Source: a virus
IMG/VR virus record: IMGVR_UViG_3300034037_000036
Coordinates: 17,781-81,780 of that record
Direction: 5' to 3' (one strand)
Length of the DNA stretch: 64,000 bases
How positions within the stretch are numbered: position 1 is the first letter of the stretch; each line of letters begins with the position of its first letter. The translations under genes and the position numbers were made by a program. Below the pieces are notes generated by a model that was given only the letters and a program-made list of their open reading frames with translations, made no database searches and had not been told where the DNA came from. Below are positions 29,385 to 38,373 of this stretch, piece by piece.

Positions 29385-30209
29385 ATGGAACAATATCATA
29401 AATTGATAAGATATGTATTGGATAATGGAAAGGAAAAATCAAATAGGACTGGCATAAATACAATTAGTGCATTTGGTTATCAAATGAGATTTAATTTATC
29501 AGATGGTTTTCCAATTGTTACAACAAAGAAAATACATTTTAAATCAGTTGTTCATGAATTATTATGGTTTTTAAAAGGTGATACAAATATAAAATATTTA
29601 AATAAAAACGGGGTTACAATTTGGGATGAATGGGCAAATGAGAACGGTGATTTAGGTCCGATATATGGTTATCAATGGAGGAATTGGAATGGGGAAGGTA
29701 TTGATCAAATAAGTAATGTAATTAAAGAAATTAAAGAAAATCCAAATAGCAGAAGGTTAATTGTAACCGCATGGAATCCATCGGTTTTGCCAGATGATAA
29801 AAAAAGTTTTTCAGAGAATGTTACAAATGGTAAAGCAGCATTACCGCCATGTCATTCATTTTTTCAATTTTATGTGCAAGACAATAAATTAAGTTGTCAA
29901 TTATATCAAAGAAGTGCTGATGTGTTTCTTGGTGTTCCATTCAATATTTCATCATATTCTTTATTATTGCATATGGTAGCACATGTTTGTTCATTAGAAC
30001 CTGGTGAATTTATACATACATTTGGAGATGTTCATATATATAAAAATCATTTAAGTCAAATTGAAGAATTATTATCAAGAGATTTTAAAGAATTACCTAA
30101 ATTAGAGTTAAATAAGGATATAAAAAACATATTTGATTTTAAATATGAAGATATTAAATTGATAAATTATCAATATCATCCGCCAATTAAAGCTAATGTA
30201 GCCATATAA
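29385..30209 (+). CDS. thyA: thymidylate synthase
   Basis: [38 protein letters not shown] (catalytic Cys), [20 protein letters not shown]. Confidence 0.98.
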   Translation: MEQYHKLIRYVLDNGKEKSNRTGINTISAFGYQMRFNLSDGFPIVTTKKIHFKSVVHELLWFLKGDTNIKYLNKNGVTIWDEWANENGDLGPIYGYQWRNWNGEGIDQISNVIKEIKENPNSRRLIVTAWNPSVLPDDKKSFSENVTNGKAALPPCHSFFQFYVQDNKLSCQLYQRSADVFLGVPFNISSYSLLLHMVAHVCSLEPGEFIHTFGDVHIYKNHLSQIEELLSRDFKELPKLELNKDIKNIFDFKYEDIKLINYQYHPPIKANVAI

Positions 30210-30223
30210 TTTTAAAATTAAAC

Positions 30224-30231
30224 TATTTATA
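30224..30231 (+). promoter_or_regulatory. candidate phage promoter TATTTATA
   Basis: Between thyA and the tail/spike gene run, co-directional. Confidence 0.45.
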
Positions 30232-30267
30232 TATGTGGAATATTAATACATATAAAAATTTTACATT

Positions 30268-30636
30268 ATGGCTACAAGAAGAACATTAAAAATAAGATTA
30301 ACTAACAAAAAAAGTGTTGAAACATTATTACAAGAAGTATATAATGACGCATGCTTACAAGTAATTGATGTTAACAATACTATAAATGAACTAAAAAAAA
30401 CATTTGAACCCGAAGATATAAATGAATTAGCTTTAATTACAAAAGAAAAATCAACATTATTGAAGGTAAAAGATTCGGCAATAAAAATAAAATTGGATGT
30501 GGGTAGATTATTATCAGATATTATGAAAAAAGGTGGGGATATTGAAGAAGTTAATGAAATGAGAAAAGCTGAAGGGTTACCAACTCTTGATGAATATGGG
30601 AAAATTAGAGAGATGTTAAAAGAAATGAAAAAATAA
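30268..30636 (+). CDS. hypothetical protein
   Basis: 122-aa helical ORF heading the structural gene run. Confidence 0.75.
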   Translation: MATRRTLKIRLTNKKSVETLLQEVYNDACLQVIDVNNTINELKKTFEPEDINELALITKEKSTLLKVKDSAIKIKLDVGRLLSDIMKKGGDIEEVNEMRKAEGLPTLDEYGKIREMLKEMKK

Positions 30637-30646
30637 AATATGTATC

Positions 30647-32089
30647 ATGTCATTAAAAGATACGAAAGAAGAAGTATTTGGAAAGATAGCTGCATTAAGG
30701 GTATCAAACGAGGGATTCCCGTCCATAAATTTAAAAAATTCATTTGATTCAATAAATGAATCAGCCAATCCAATTGATTTTATAATTGATGTTTTAAAAT
30801 CTGTAAAAGGTTCAAGTGGTGATATAAAAAGCACTTTAATAGATATATTAACATTTAAGATTGATGATATTGAAAAAACCATTAAAGAAAATTTAAAACT
30901 TAAAATAAGAGAATATGGTTTATGCGGAATATCACCATCAATACCAGATTATATAAAACATCATACCATAGTTCCTCAATCAACAGGGGTTGATTTAGAG
31001 TTAGATAAATTAGATTTCTTTAAATTGTTTTTTATAAATCCTACAAGTGATAATGGTAAGTTGTTATATTTTGACAACAATTCATCAACAAATAGTGAGG
31101 ATTTGAATGTGGTTTTATTTGAAACGGTTCAAAACGATAATGTTGAGGTTAATTGGGGTTCTCAAACAACAGACAATGATATTTTTTCATTTGTGTTTAA
31201 ATCATCCACCACAAATGGCAATAATATATTAAATGTTAAAGTAAGTCAATTTTATAGTGATCCTTCAAATAATAAAACATTTGTTGATTTAATATCTGAT
31301 TATATTGATTCAATTAAATTATTTAATACCACAAATATAATTACTGGTGTGTTTGACAGTTTATTTGGAACAATATCATCAGCAATTGATAAATCAATTT
31401 CATTATTGGAAAAGGAAACAGAATTTGAAATAATTATTGAAAGGATAATAAACAGCATTGATGAGGAAGAGATTGATGATTCTTATTTTTCATTTTCAAA
31501 TGATTTGGGATATATAAATGAAATTGCAACTAATAAAAGGAAGGGTATTACTAAATTTTTAACATGTACAGAAGAAGAGAAAAGTGTTGTGAATGATAAA
31601 ATAATTGAAATGAATGATGGGATATTAAACTCATCAAGCAAAGTTGAAGTTAAAGAAGTATTAAAAAACACGTTTGATAGCGTTGTTAGTGATTTTAGCA
31701 CAAATGGTGATGTTAATAAAGATGCAAAAGAAGTACATTTTTTTACAGAATTTTTTAAGAAATTATCTTTAATTTTAACAAAGGGCATTTTTACACCGAA
31801 AATATATTTTATATTATTATTTGTAAGCAATGTGGTTTTGAATAAACAAAATGAGACACCCATAGAATGGATTAAAAATAATAGGGAGTTAATCAGAAAT
31901 ATTTTAAAAGAAATACGAGAATACATTATTGATATTATATTAAAAGAGATATTAAAAGAATTGAAAAAATTGATTGTGAAGCATTCATTAAAATTATTGG
32001 AAGAAAAGGTTTTAAACAGAAAATTGCAGATGAGCAGTTTGAGTGGGTTGCCCCCAAATGTTTTGAGAGCAATAAAAGATTTAAAATAA
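30647..32089 (+). CDS. hypothetical protein, probable tail/baseplate structural protein
   Basis: 480-aa ORF. The product call comes from context (upstream of the gp5-like gene) only. Confidence 0.6.
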   Translation: MSLKDTKEEVFGKIAALRVSNEGFPSINLKNSFDSINESANPIDFIIDVLKSVKGSSGDIKSTLIDILTFKIDDIEKTIKENLKLKIREYGLCGISPSIPDYIKHHTIVPQSTGVDLELDKLDFFKLFFINPTSDNGKLLYFDNNSSTNSEDLNVVLFETVQNDNVEVNWGSQTTDNDIFSFVFKSSTTNGNNILNVKVSQFYSDPSNNKTFVDLISDYIDSIKLFNTTNIITGVFDSLFGTISSAIDKSISLLEKETEFEIIIERIINSIDEEEIDDSYFSFSNDLGYINEIATNKRKGITKFLTCTEEEKSVVNDKIIEMNDGILNSSSKVEVKEVLKNTFDSVVSDFSTNGDVNKDAKEVHFFTEFFKKLSLILTKGIFTPKIYFILLFVSNVVLNKQNETPIEWIKNNRELIRNILKEIREYIIDIILKEILKELKKLIVKHSLKLLEEKVLNRKLQMSSLSGLPPNVLRAIKDLK

Positions 32090-32095
32090 TATATT

Positions 32096-32494
32096 ATGAC
32101 AGGAATTGATAAAATTTTAAATGTATTAAAAGGGGCAATGGATATTGTAAATATTCCAATAGAACCATTACCCCCTCCATTGGTATTAACGGGAGCAAAC
32201 ATAAGACCAGGACTGTCAGCAAGGAATATTGCATCAAGAATAATACAAAGACAATCAGAAGCTGGCGCACCACAAGGTGCAGTTTTTTCAGAAGGGGAAA
32301 ATATATCAGAAAAAATGGAATTAATAAGAATTGAAGAAATATTATATGCATTATTAAATGAAAGCAAAATAGAAATAGCAATACCACCAGCATCTATACA
32401 GGTTTCAACAGTCGGTGTCGGAAACTTGGGAATACCAATAATAACAAGTGGAGCTAATACAAATATAGTTCCAGGTGTTGGTGTTATAAGATAA
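32096..32494 (+). CDS. Pro/Gly-rich hypothetical protein, probable baseplate/spike-associated
   Basis: PLPPPLVL...RPGLS and a Gly/Val/Ile-rich beta-type C-terminus; context next to the gp5-like gene. Confidence 0.6.
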   Translation: MTGIDKILNVLKGAMDIVNIPIEPLPPPLVLTGANIRPGLSARNIASRIIQRQSEAGAPQGAVFSEGENISEKMELIRIEEILYALLNESKIEIAIPPASIQVSTVGVGNLGIPIITSGANTNIVPGVGVIR

Positions 32495-32507
32495 ACAATA
32501 TAGGATT

Positions 32508-32807
32508 ATGAGAGAAATAAAAAACATATCAAATTATGAATTATTTGAAGAAATAAAACATTGTGAGAAAGTTTTTGAAGAAATAAAAAATGAAATTCTC
32601 CGTGATTTGGATATTATTGAAGAAATAAAAAAAGATGTTGATAAAATTAATAAGGGTGAAGAAATTGATGAATTAAAAATTAACAAGTTAAATTTTGATT
32701 TAAATATAATAGAAGAGGCAATTGAAAACAATCTAATAAGATTAAATAAAATTGAAGAATTATATAATAACCTTATAAAAGAATATAGAAAAAGATTAAA
32801 CATATAA
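32508..32807 (+). CDS. hypothetical coiled-coil protein
   Basis: 99-aa heptad-rich ORF. Confidence 0.65.
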   Translation: MREIKNISNYELFEEIKHCEKVFEEIKNEILRDLDIIEEIKKDVDKINKGEEIDELKINKLNFDLNIIEEAIENNLIRLNKIEELYNNLIKEYRKRLNI

Positions 32808-32808
32808 T

Positions 32809-33714
32809 ATGTCATTAAGAAATTATATATTAGGTAAATCAATATATGAAGGAAATACAATAGATAATATTTTTTATTGGGGTGAAGTTGTATCAGTTAC
32901 AGATCCATATGATGCAAATAGGATAAAAGCAAGAATTAAGGGTATTGATGATAAAAAAAGTGATGAAGAATTACCATTTGCTTTCCCAATGATGCAAAGA
33001 TTTTTGCATATAGTTCCAAAAGTTGGTGAAACCGTAATTATATTTGTACCTAATAAAAATAATATTGAGGTTGATAGAATGTATATTGGTCCAATAATTT
33101 CACAACCACAATTTTTGGAAAAAGATAAACATTTATTTACCTCAAAATCATTGTTAGATAGTGGTTATAAAAACCCAATACAATCTCATAAAAAAAATCC
33201 AAAAACAGCAGGCGTTTTTCCAGAAAAGGAACATATAGCACTACAAGGAAGATTAAATACAGATATTTTATTTAAAGAAAATGAAATCTGTATAAGGGTT
33301 GGAAAATATATTGAAAATTCTAATAAACAATTTGAATTTAATAAAAAAACACAAGGATATATAAATATAAAACATGATTATGAAATAGATGAAAATACAA
33401 AAGGTTCAGTAACAAATATTGTTTCAAATAAAATAAATTTATTAACATATGATGGACATGACAAAAAAGAACTTGCTGATAATAAAGAGCAAATAAAGAA
33501 AGAAGTATTGGATGAAATTTTGGAAAAAGCACAACCTCTTGTTTTTGGTTATGAACTTTTGGAATATTTAAAATTAATGAAGGACGCTTTTATAAACCAT
33601 TTACACAGATACCCTGGATTGCCACCAGAAGATCCGTCAGGTACTGAATATATTGATAAATTTGTTAATTTTGATTTAAATAAATTAATATCTAAAAATA
33701 TAAGAATAAATTAA
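32809..33714 (+). CDS. baseplate central spike, gp5/GpV-type OB-fold protein
   Basis: YWGEVVSVTDPYDANRIKARI...LPFAFPMM...VPKVGETVIIF (OB fold); C-terminal NHLHRYPG (HxH spike-apex-like). Confidence 0.75.
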   Translation: MSLRNYILGKSIYEGNTIDNIFYWGEVVSVTDPYDANRIKARIKGIDDKKSDEELPFAFPMMQRFLHIVPKVGETVIIFVPNKNNIEVDRMYIGPIISQPQFLEKDKHLFTSKSLLDSGYKNPIQSHKKNPKTAGVFPEKEHIALQGRLNTDILFKENEICIRVGKYIENSNKQFEFNKKTQGYINIKHDYEIDENTKGSVTNIVSNKINLLTYDGHDKKELADNKEQIKKEVLDEILEKAQPLVFGYELLEYLKLMKDAFINHLHRYPGLPPEDPSGTEYIDKFVNFDLNKLISKNIRIN

Positions 33715-33715
33715 A

Positions 33716-33723
33716 TATTTATA
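33716..33723 (+). promoter_or_regulatory. candidate phage promoter TATTTATA
   Basis: Occupies the 12-nt gap before ATG 33727. Confidence 0.4.
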
Positions 33724-33726
33724 AGT

Positions 33727-35121
33727 ATGGTAATAAAAACATATTTTGATAAAGACAACGTCATCGTTTATAATGATGACATCAATACTGGAAGAAATGA
33801 AATATTGGAATTGTTTTATGGTGGTGATGGTATAAATTATGATTATAGCAGAGCATTAATTTATTTTGACGAATCAAGAATTAAAAAATTCTATGAAGAT
33901 GGTTATTTTTGCGATTTATCAAAATTAAAACATACATTAAAGTTATATAATGCCACATTTTTTAACGAATCTTTATTGGGTCAAGAAACGTGTGATGGTA
34001 AAAAAAGAGCTTGTTCTTTTGATATGATTGTGTTTAAAATACCTCAAGAATGGGATGAAGGAATTGGTTATGACTATTGTAATAAAACATATATCGGTGA
34101 TCAAGAATTAATATCTACATGCCCATCAAATTGGTTATATGCAAAAGAAAATGTTTCTTGGAATAATGGAAATGGTGTTTATTCTGGAATACCACAATCT
34201 GAAATAATAGCAACACAACATTTTGATTGGGGCAACGAAAATCTTGAAGTTGATATAACGGATTATGTTAATGGAGTTCTAACAGGTGATACAAATTATG
34301 GATTGGGAATAGCCTTTTCTTCTGATTTTGAATTAACAATAACCAATGAAAAAAAATATGTTGGCTTTTTCTCAAGACATACAAATACCTTGTTTGAACC
34401 ATTTGTAGAAACAAGATATGAAAATTATATAACTGATGATAGATATGATTTTTATGCCAATAAAACAAATAAATTATATCTATATGTTAATATCGGTGGA
34501 CAAATGGTTAAATTAGATAATCCACCAGTTGTTACAGTATATGATAATAATGATAATATTTTTTCTTCAATAACATCAACTTGTGAAAGTAAAGGAATAT
34601 ATTCAATAGAATTAAATGTTCCATATAACAATTCTTATGAAGATTGTCCCACATTTAAAGATGTATGGAGTAATATATTTTTAAATGGAACACCATTAAG
34701 TGATGTTGAAATGGAATTTATTGTTAAAAATCCTAATGATTATTATATGCTGTCTAATGAAATCGGTGATGATGTTAGATATGATGTGAAAGTGTATGGT
34801 ATAGGTTCTAATGAGAGAATTAAACGTGGAGATATTAAAAGGATAAATGTATTGGTCAGAAAACCTTATGATGTAGATGGTAAAATTACAATAGATAATA
34901 TGTTTTATAGGATTTATGTTAAAGAAGGTAATTCTGAATATACAATAATTGATTGGGATAATGTAAATAGAGCAAGTAATTCAAATTATTTCCTTTTAGA
35001 CACTAATAGTTTAATTCCTACAACTTATTATTTGGAAATAAAAGTAAATACATTAAATGAAGTATATACAACAACACCAATTAAATTTGAAATTATTGGT
35101 AATGCTGAAATGAAAAATTAA
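33727..35121 (+). CDS. virion structural protein (DNRLRE-like N-terminus, beta-rich C-terminus)
   Basis: YFDKDNVI...NTGRNEILEL...SRALIYFD...W.EG.GYD...LEVDITDYV resembles DNRLRE/CBM96 domains. Confidence 0.55.
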   Translation: MVIKTYFDKDNVIVYNDDINTGRNEILELFYGGDGINYDYSRALIYFDESRIKKFYEDGYFCDLSKLKHTLKLYNATFFNESLLGQETCDGKKRACSFDMIVFKIPQEWDEGIGYDYCNKTYIGDQELISTCPSNWLYAKENVSWNNGNGVYSGIPQSEIIATQHFDWGNENLEVDITDYVNGVLTGDTNYGLGIAFSSDFELTITNEKKYVGFFSRHTNTLFEPFVETRYENYITDDRYDFYANKTNKLYLYVNIGGQMVKLDNPPVVTVYDNNDNIFSSITSTCESKGIYSIELNVPYNNSYEDCPTFKDVWSNIFLNGTPLSDVEMEFIVKNPNDYYMLSNEIGDDVRYDVKVYGIGSNERIKRGDIKRINVLVRKPYDVDGKITIDNMFYRIYVKEGNSEYTIIDWDNVNRASNSNYFLLDTNSLIPTTYYLEIKVNTLNEVYTTTPIKFEIIGNAEMKN

Positions 35122-35144
35122 AATTATTTAATAAATTAAATGAT

Positions 35145-35176
35145 AAAAAAAAGCGGGAAAAATTCCCGCTTTTTTT
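35145..35176. terminator. bidirectional rho-independent terminator
   Basis: A8-GCGGGAA-aaa-TTCCCGC-T7 between the convergent 35121 and major capsid stops. Confidence 0.85.
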
Positions 35177-35195
35177 ATTTGGTGTTTACATTAAA

Positions 35196-36983
35196 TTAAC
35201 GCAATTCTGCAACGTTAAAGGTAGGTACACCATCAACTCGTACATGTCCATAATAACGGTTGTTAACAACCTTTTTAGCATAACGAGTCATAATACCTTT
35301 AACATTTGCAAAGTTAAACGGATTTGACAATGTTTGAGTCAATTGCATAGGTACATAAGGTGCATAAATATAACCAGTATCTAGCAATGAACGACCTTTA
35401 TGTCCAACAATAACTGACCAAGAAGGTGCATACGGATCTCTATAAACTTGGTAACGTCCTTGGAATGTTCCAATTCTTTCGATACCCATGTTATAAACAT
35501 CTTGTTCAGGAGAAGCATCGCTTGCATGGAAATATTCAAGGTCATTGAAGATTGCAGACACTTCAGAAGAAACTACAATAAAGTTAGCACCTCCACGCAA
35601 AGTTGTTTTATGGATTTGTGCAGACAATTGATTGATTACAGTAATCAAAGTCTGATTCCATTCTTTTTGAGTGTAAGGTGAAGCAGCATTAGATGCTTTT
35701 CTCCATCCGTTGTAGTCCCAACGAAGTTGCCAAGCAGCAGCTTTACGCAAGTCTCTTAATACTTCTCTGTCAATTTCAGCAGCAATTTGCTCAGACAAAG
35801 TTGCAGTCAATTCTGCTTCAGCATCAATGTTATGGAATGCTGCAACATCTTGTGCTTGTTCAGGAGACCAAGTAGCTCTTAATTTTCTTTCTTCAACAGA
35901 TACGGTAACAAAATCCAAAGTAAATGAAACTTCACCAATTTCAGTTTCAAATTCAAGAGTACCATATTCTGCCCAGCTTGCAATGAAATCGGCACCAGTC
36001 ATTCCTGAATGTGCTGAAAAATCAAGACCAATGTAGCCATCATAAGTTTCAGTACCATTAGCTGCAGCAGGATGAGTTAAATCCAATTCAAGATAAATAA
36101 TTCCATTAGCATCGCAAACATCACCATACTGAACAATTCCTTTTCCATATTTTTGAGTAACAACTCTAAAAGGAATTTCAGCATTAGCTGCAACTACAAC
36201 ATTACCATCAGGGTCAACCAAATCAGTTCCCCCATTTACAACTTTTAGAGAAGCAAGGAAACTTTCAGTATCCATAACATTTCCATCAGGTCCAGTAAGA
36301 CGACCAGCTCCAGCAGAAGTAAATCCAGATACAGCAATCATTAGATGTCGCAAAGTTCCATCAGTAGCTAAAGGTGCAGTAGAAGCATCAGCTTCAACAG
36401 TAAATTCACCACCAGCAGTAATTTTTACAATTGAAACTGCTCCAGTTTGAATAGTGATAGCACCTTTTGAATGATCGAACAATCCATCATTATAGAAGAT
36501 GTCATAAAGATTTTTCTTTTGGAATTGAGTTAATGAACAACCAGCACCTTCAACAACACAATCAGGCAATTGTCCATCTGCCAATCCTGTATGTGCGCTG
36601 TATTGAGGATCAACATGAGGATCACCAGGATCTCCACTTGCATTAACTCTGCTGGAAACAAGAGGTACATAGTAATACAATCTACCGATAGGCATTGTTA
36701 ATGCTTGAACTGATGCAATGTCGTTTACTAAAAGTTTAGAATAAACTCTTCGCACAATGGGGAATGCAACAGTTTCAAAAGAACCAGAGTTATCAGCCCC
36801 AGTGTTTTCTGTAATTAAGGTTTTAGCTTGGTTTTCATATAGAACTGCAATATTTTCTTTGATAGGACCTTTTAATCCATCAAGAATACCAAGAGATGAC
36901 CATCTATTTAAGATTTCTTCTTTTAATTGTTTTTGTTGGTTATATTGAATATTTCCAACAATTCCACTTTTTAATATACTCAT
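35196..36983 (-). CDS. gp23: major capsid protein (T4 gp23-like)
   Basis: IAVLYENQ, FPIVRRV, VQALTMPIG, RKLRATWSPEQAQD, DAEAELT..LSEQIAAEIDRE, VYRDPY, GYIYAPYVP, GIMTRY. Confidence 0.95.
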   Translation of the reverse strand: MSILKSGIVGNIQYNQQKQLKEEILNRWSSLGILDGLKGPIKENIAVLYENQAKTLITENTGADNSGSFETVAFPIVRRVYSKLLVNDIASVQALTMPIGRLYYYVPLVSSRVNASGDPGDPHVDPQYSAHTGLADGQLPDCVVEGAGCSLTQFQKKNLYDIFYNDGLFDHSKGAITIQTGAVSIVKITAGGEFTVEADASTAPLATDGTLRHLMIAVSGFTSAGAGRLTGPDGNVMDTESFLASLKVVNGGTDLVDPDGNVVVAANAEIPFRVVTQKYGKGIVQYGDVCDANGIIYLELDLTHPAAANGTETYDGYIGLDFSAHSGMTGADFIASWAEYGTLEFETEIGEVSFTLDFVTVSVEERKLRATWSPEQAQDVAAFHNIDAEAELTATLSEQIAAEIDREVLRDLRKAAAWQLRWDYNGWRKASNAASPYTQKEWNQTLITVINQLSAQIHKTTLRGGANFIVVSSEVSAIFNDLEYFHASDASPEQDVYNMGIERIGTFQGRYQVYRDPYAPSWSVIVGHKGRSLLDTGYIYAPYVPMQLTQTLSNPFNFANVKGIMTRYAKKVVNNRYYGHVRVDGVPTFNVAELR

Positions 36984-37009
36984 TTTTTTAAATTTTTTTG
37001 AGCGTGTTA

Positions 37010-38275
37010 TTAACTAATTTTATTGATTATTTCTTTAATTCTAGAAATACCTAAATCATCTGATTTGTAAGCCGTATTTTCAGCAATGAACTCTTTTCTT
37101 TTTTCAGAATAAGGTTCTTTGGAAGCACTGTCAATAGGCTTATTGAATTTTTCATCAATTGATTCAATAATAGGTTTACCCTTTTCTAATTCAGAAATGA
37201 TTGTTTTATAAAGCATTTTTGATTCTGTGATTGTTTTAGCTTCAGAATCAAATCTTTTCATAATCATTTCTTTTTCACTTTTAGAAGTCGGGTATTTTGT
37301 TAAGATTTTAACAACGTGTTGTAGATTTGTATTAAATACAACGTGTTCAACAAGGACTTTTTTAAATTCACCTAGAAGAGTTTTGAATTTTTTGTTTTCC
37401 TCTTTTAATTTTTTAAATTCATTTAAAAATTCTTCAGTTAAAAGAGGTTTTTCAGTTTCTTTATTTTCAACCAACTCTTCTTTTCTTTTTGGATGATGAT
37501 CATCACCACCATATTTAGCACCTTGTCGTCCAGCATAACCACGTGTGCTACCCAGATTTTCTTCAATTTCTTCTTCTGGGGATTCTAACTCTATTTCATA
37601 ATAGACTTCCTCTTCATCTGATGGTTTATCTGAAGTACCATCACTTTCTTTTTCAAGCTCAACTTGGATTTTTGAGCCACTTTCTTTGTCTTTAAATTCA
37701 ACTTTTTTGTCAGAGACAACAACCACTTGGTCGTCATCTTTGAGCTTCATATAAACAGACAAAACTTCTTCTGGTGATTTATCAGTCAAGTCAACGATTT
37801 CTTGACTTTCTTCACCACTTTCATCTTTTTCGTGGTTTTCACCACCTTCCATTTCAGTATCAACTAAATTTTCTATAGTATTATCAATTTCAGTATTTTC
37901 TTCTTGAGATTCTTCACCAGTTTGAGTTTCCTCACCAGTTTCTACTTCTTCACCAGTTTCACCTTTTTCCTCATTTTCTACTTCTTCACCAGCTTCAACT
38001 TCTTCTTTGATTTCTTCACCAGTTTCAACTTCTTCCTCATTTTCTACTTCTTCACCAGCTTCAACTTCTTCTTTGATTTCTTCTTGGGGTTCAATTTCCT
38101 CAACCTTTTCTTTACCTTCATCCATTATATCAGATATTGATTCGGTTATAATACTTTCAATTTCTTCTTTTGCCACAGTTTTCAATAACTCTTTAGCATT
38201 ACTTTTTAATGCTTCGGTTAATTGATTTAATTCTAAAATTGATTCCTCAATTATTGATTTTTTTTCTTGAGACAT
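37010..38275 (-). CDS. prohead core scaffold protein (gp22-like position)
   Basis: Highly acidic coiled coil between the protease and capsid genes, with many I/L-x-E sites. Confidence 0.75.
   Translation of the reverse strand: MSQEKKSIIEESILELNQLTEALKSNAKELLKTVAKEEIESIITESISDIMDEGKEKVEEIEPQEEIKEEVEAGEEVENEEEVETGEEIKEEVEAGEEVENEEKGETGEEVETGEETQTGEESQEENTEIDNTIENLVDTEMEGGENHEKDESGEESQEIVDLTDKSPEEVLSVYMKLKDDDQVVVVSDKKVEFKDKESGSKIQVELEKESDGTSDKPSDEEEVYYEIELESPEEEIEENLGSTRGYAGRQGAKYGGDDHHPKRKEELVENKETEKPLLTEEFLNEFKKLKEENKKFKTLLGEFKKVLVEHVVFNTNLQHVVKILTKYPTSKSEKEMIMKRFDSEAKTITESKMLYKTIISELEKGKPIIESIDEKFNKPIDSASKEPYSEKRKEFIAENTAYKSDDLGISRIKEIINKIS
37967..38083. repeat. 66-bp-period tandem repeat within the scaffold gene
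   Basis: An identical 51-nt block starts at 37967 and at 38033, encoding EEIKEEVEAGEEVENEE twice; degenerate GEE repeats flank it. Confidence 0.85.
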
Positions 38276-38335
38276 CTTAAAAATGTTTATTTTTGTTATT
38301 TAAAAAAAATAATATTAACAAATTATTGGATTTTA

Positions 38336-38352
38336 TATCCACTATATAAATA
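38336..38352 (-). promoter_or_regulatory. candidate phage late promoter TATTTATATAGTGGATA
   Basis: Upstream of the scaffold-capsid genes; identical 17-mer to 6229-6245. Confidence 0.55.
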
Positions 38353-38373
38353 TGTGTTATTTTAAAAAAAATA

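Noticed and set aside
29385-30209. dCMP hydroxymethylase feeding the glycosyltransferases
   Set aside because: It keeps the dUMP-specific Asn (GVPFN) and is closely similar to canonical ThyA.
31483-32367. 294-aa minus-strand ORF, and similar antisense ORFs (2181-2822, 56845-57546, 45130-45549 and many under 130 aa)
   Set aside because: They overlap well-supported genes on the opposite strand and have the Phe/Ser/Ile-rich composition expected from antisense reading of Lys/Glu-rich genes.
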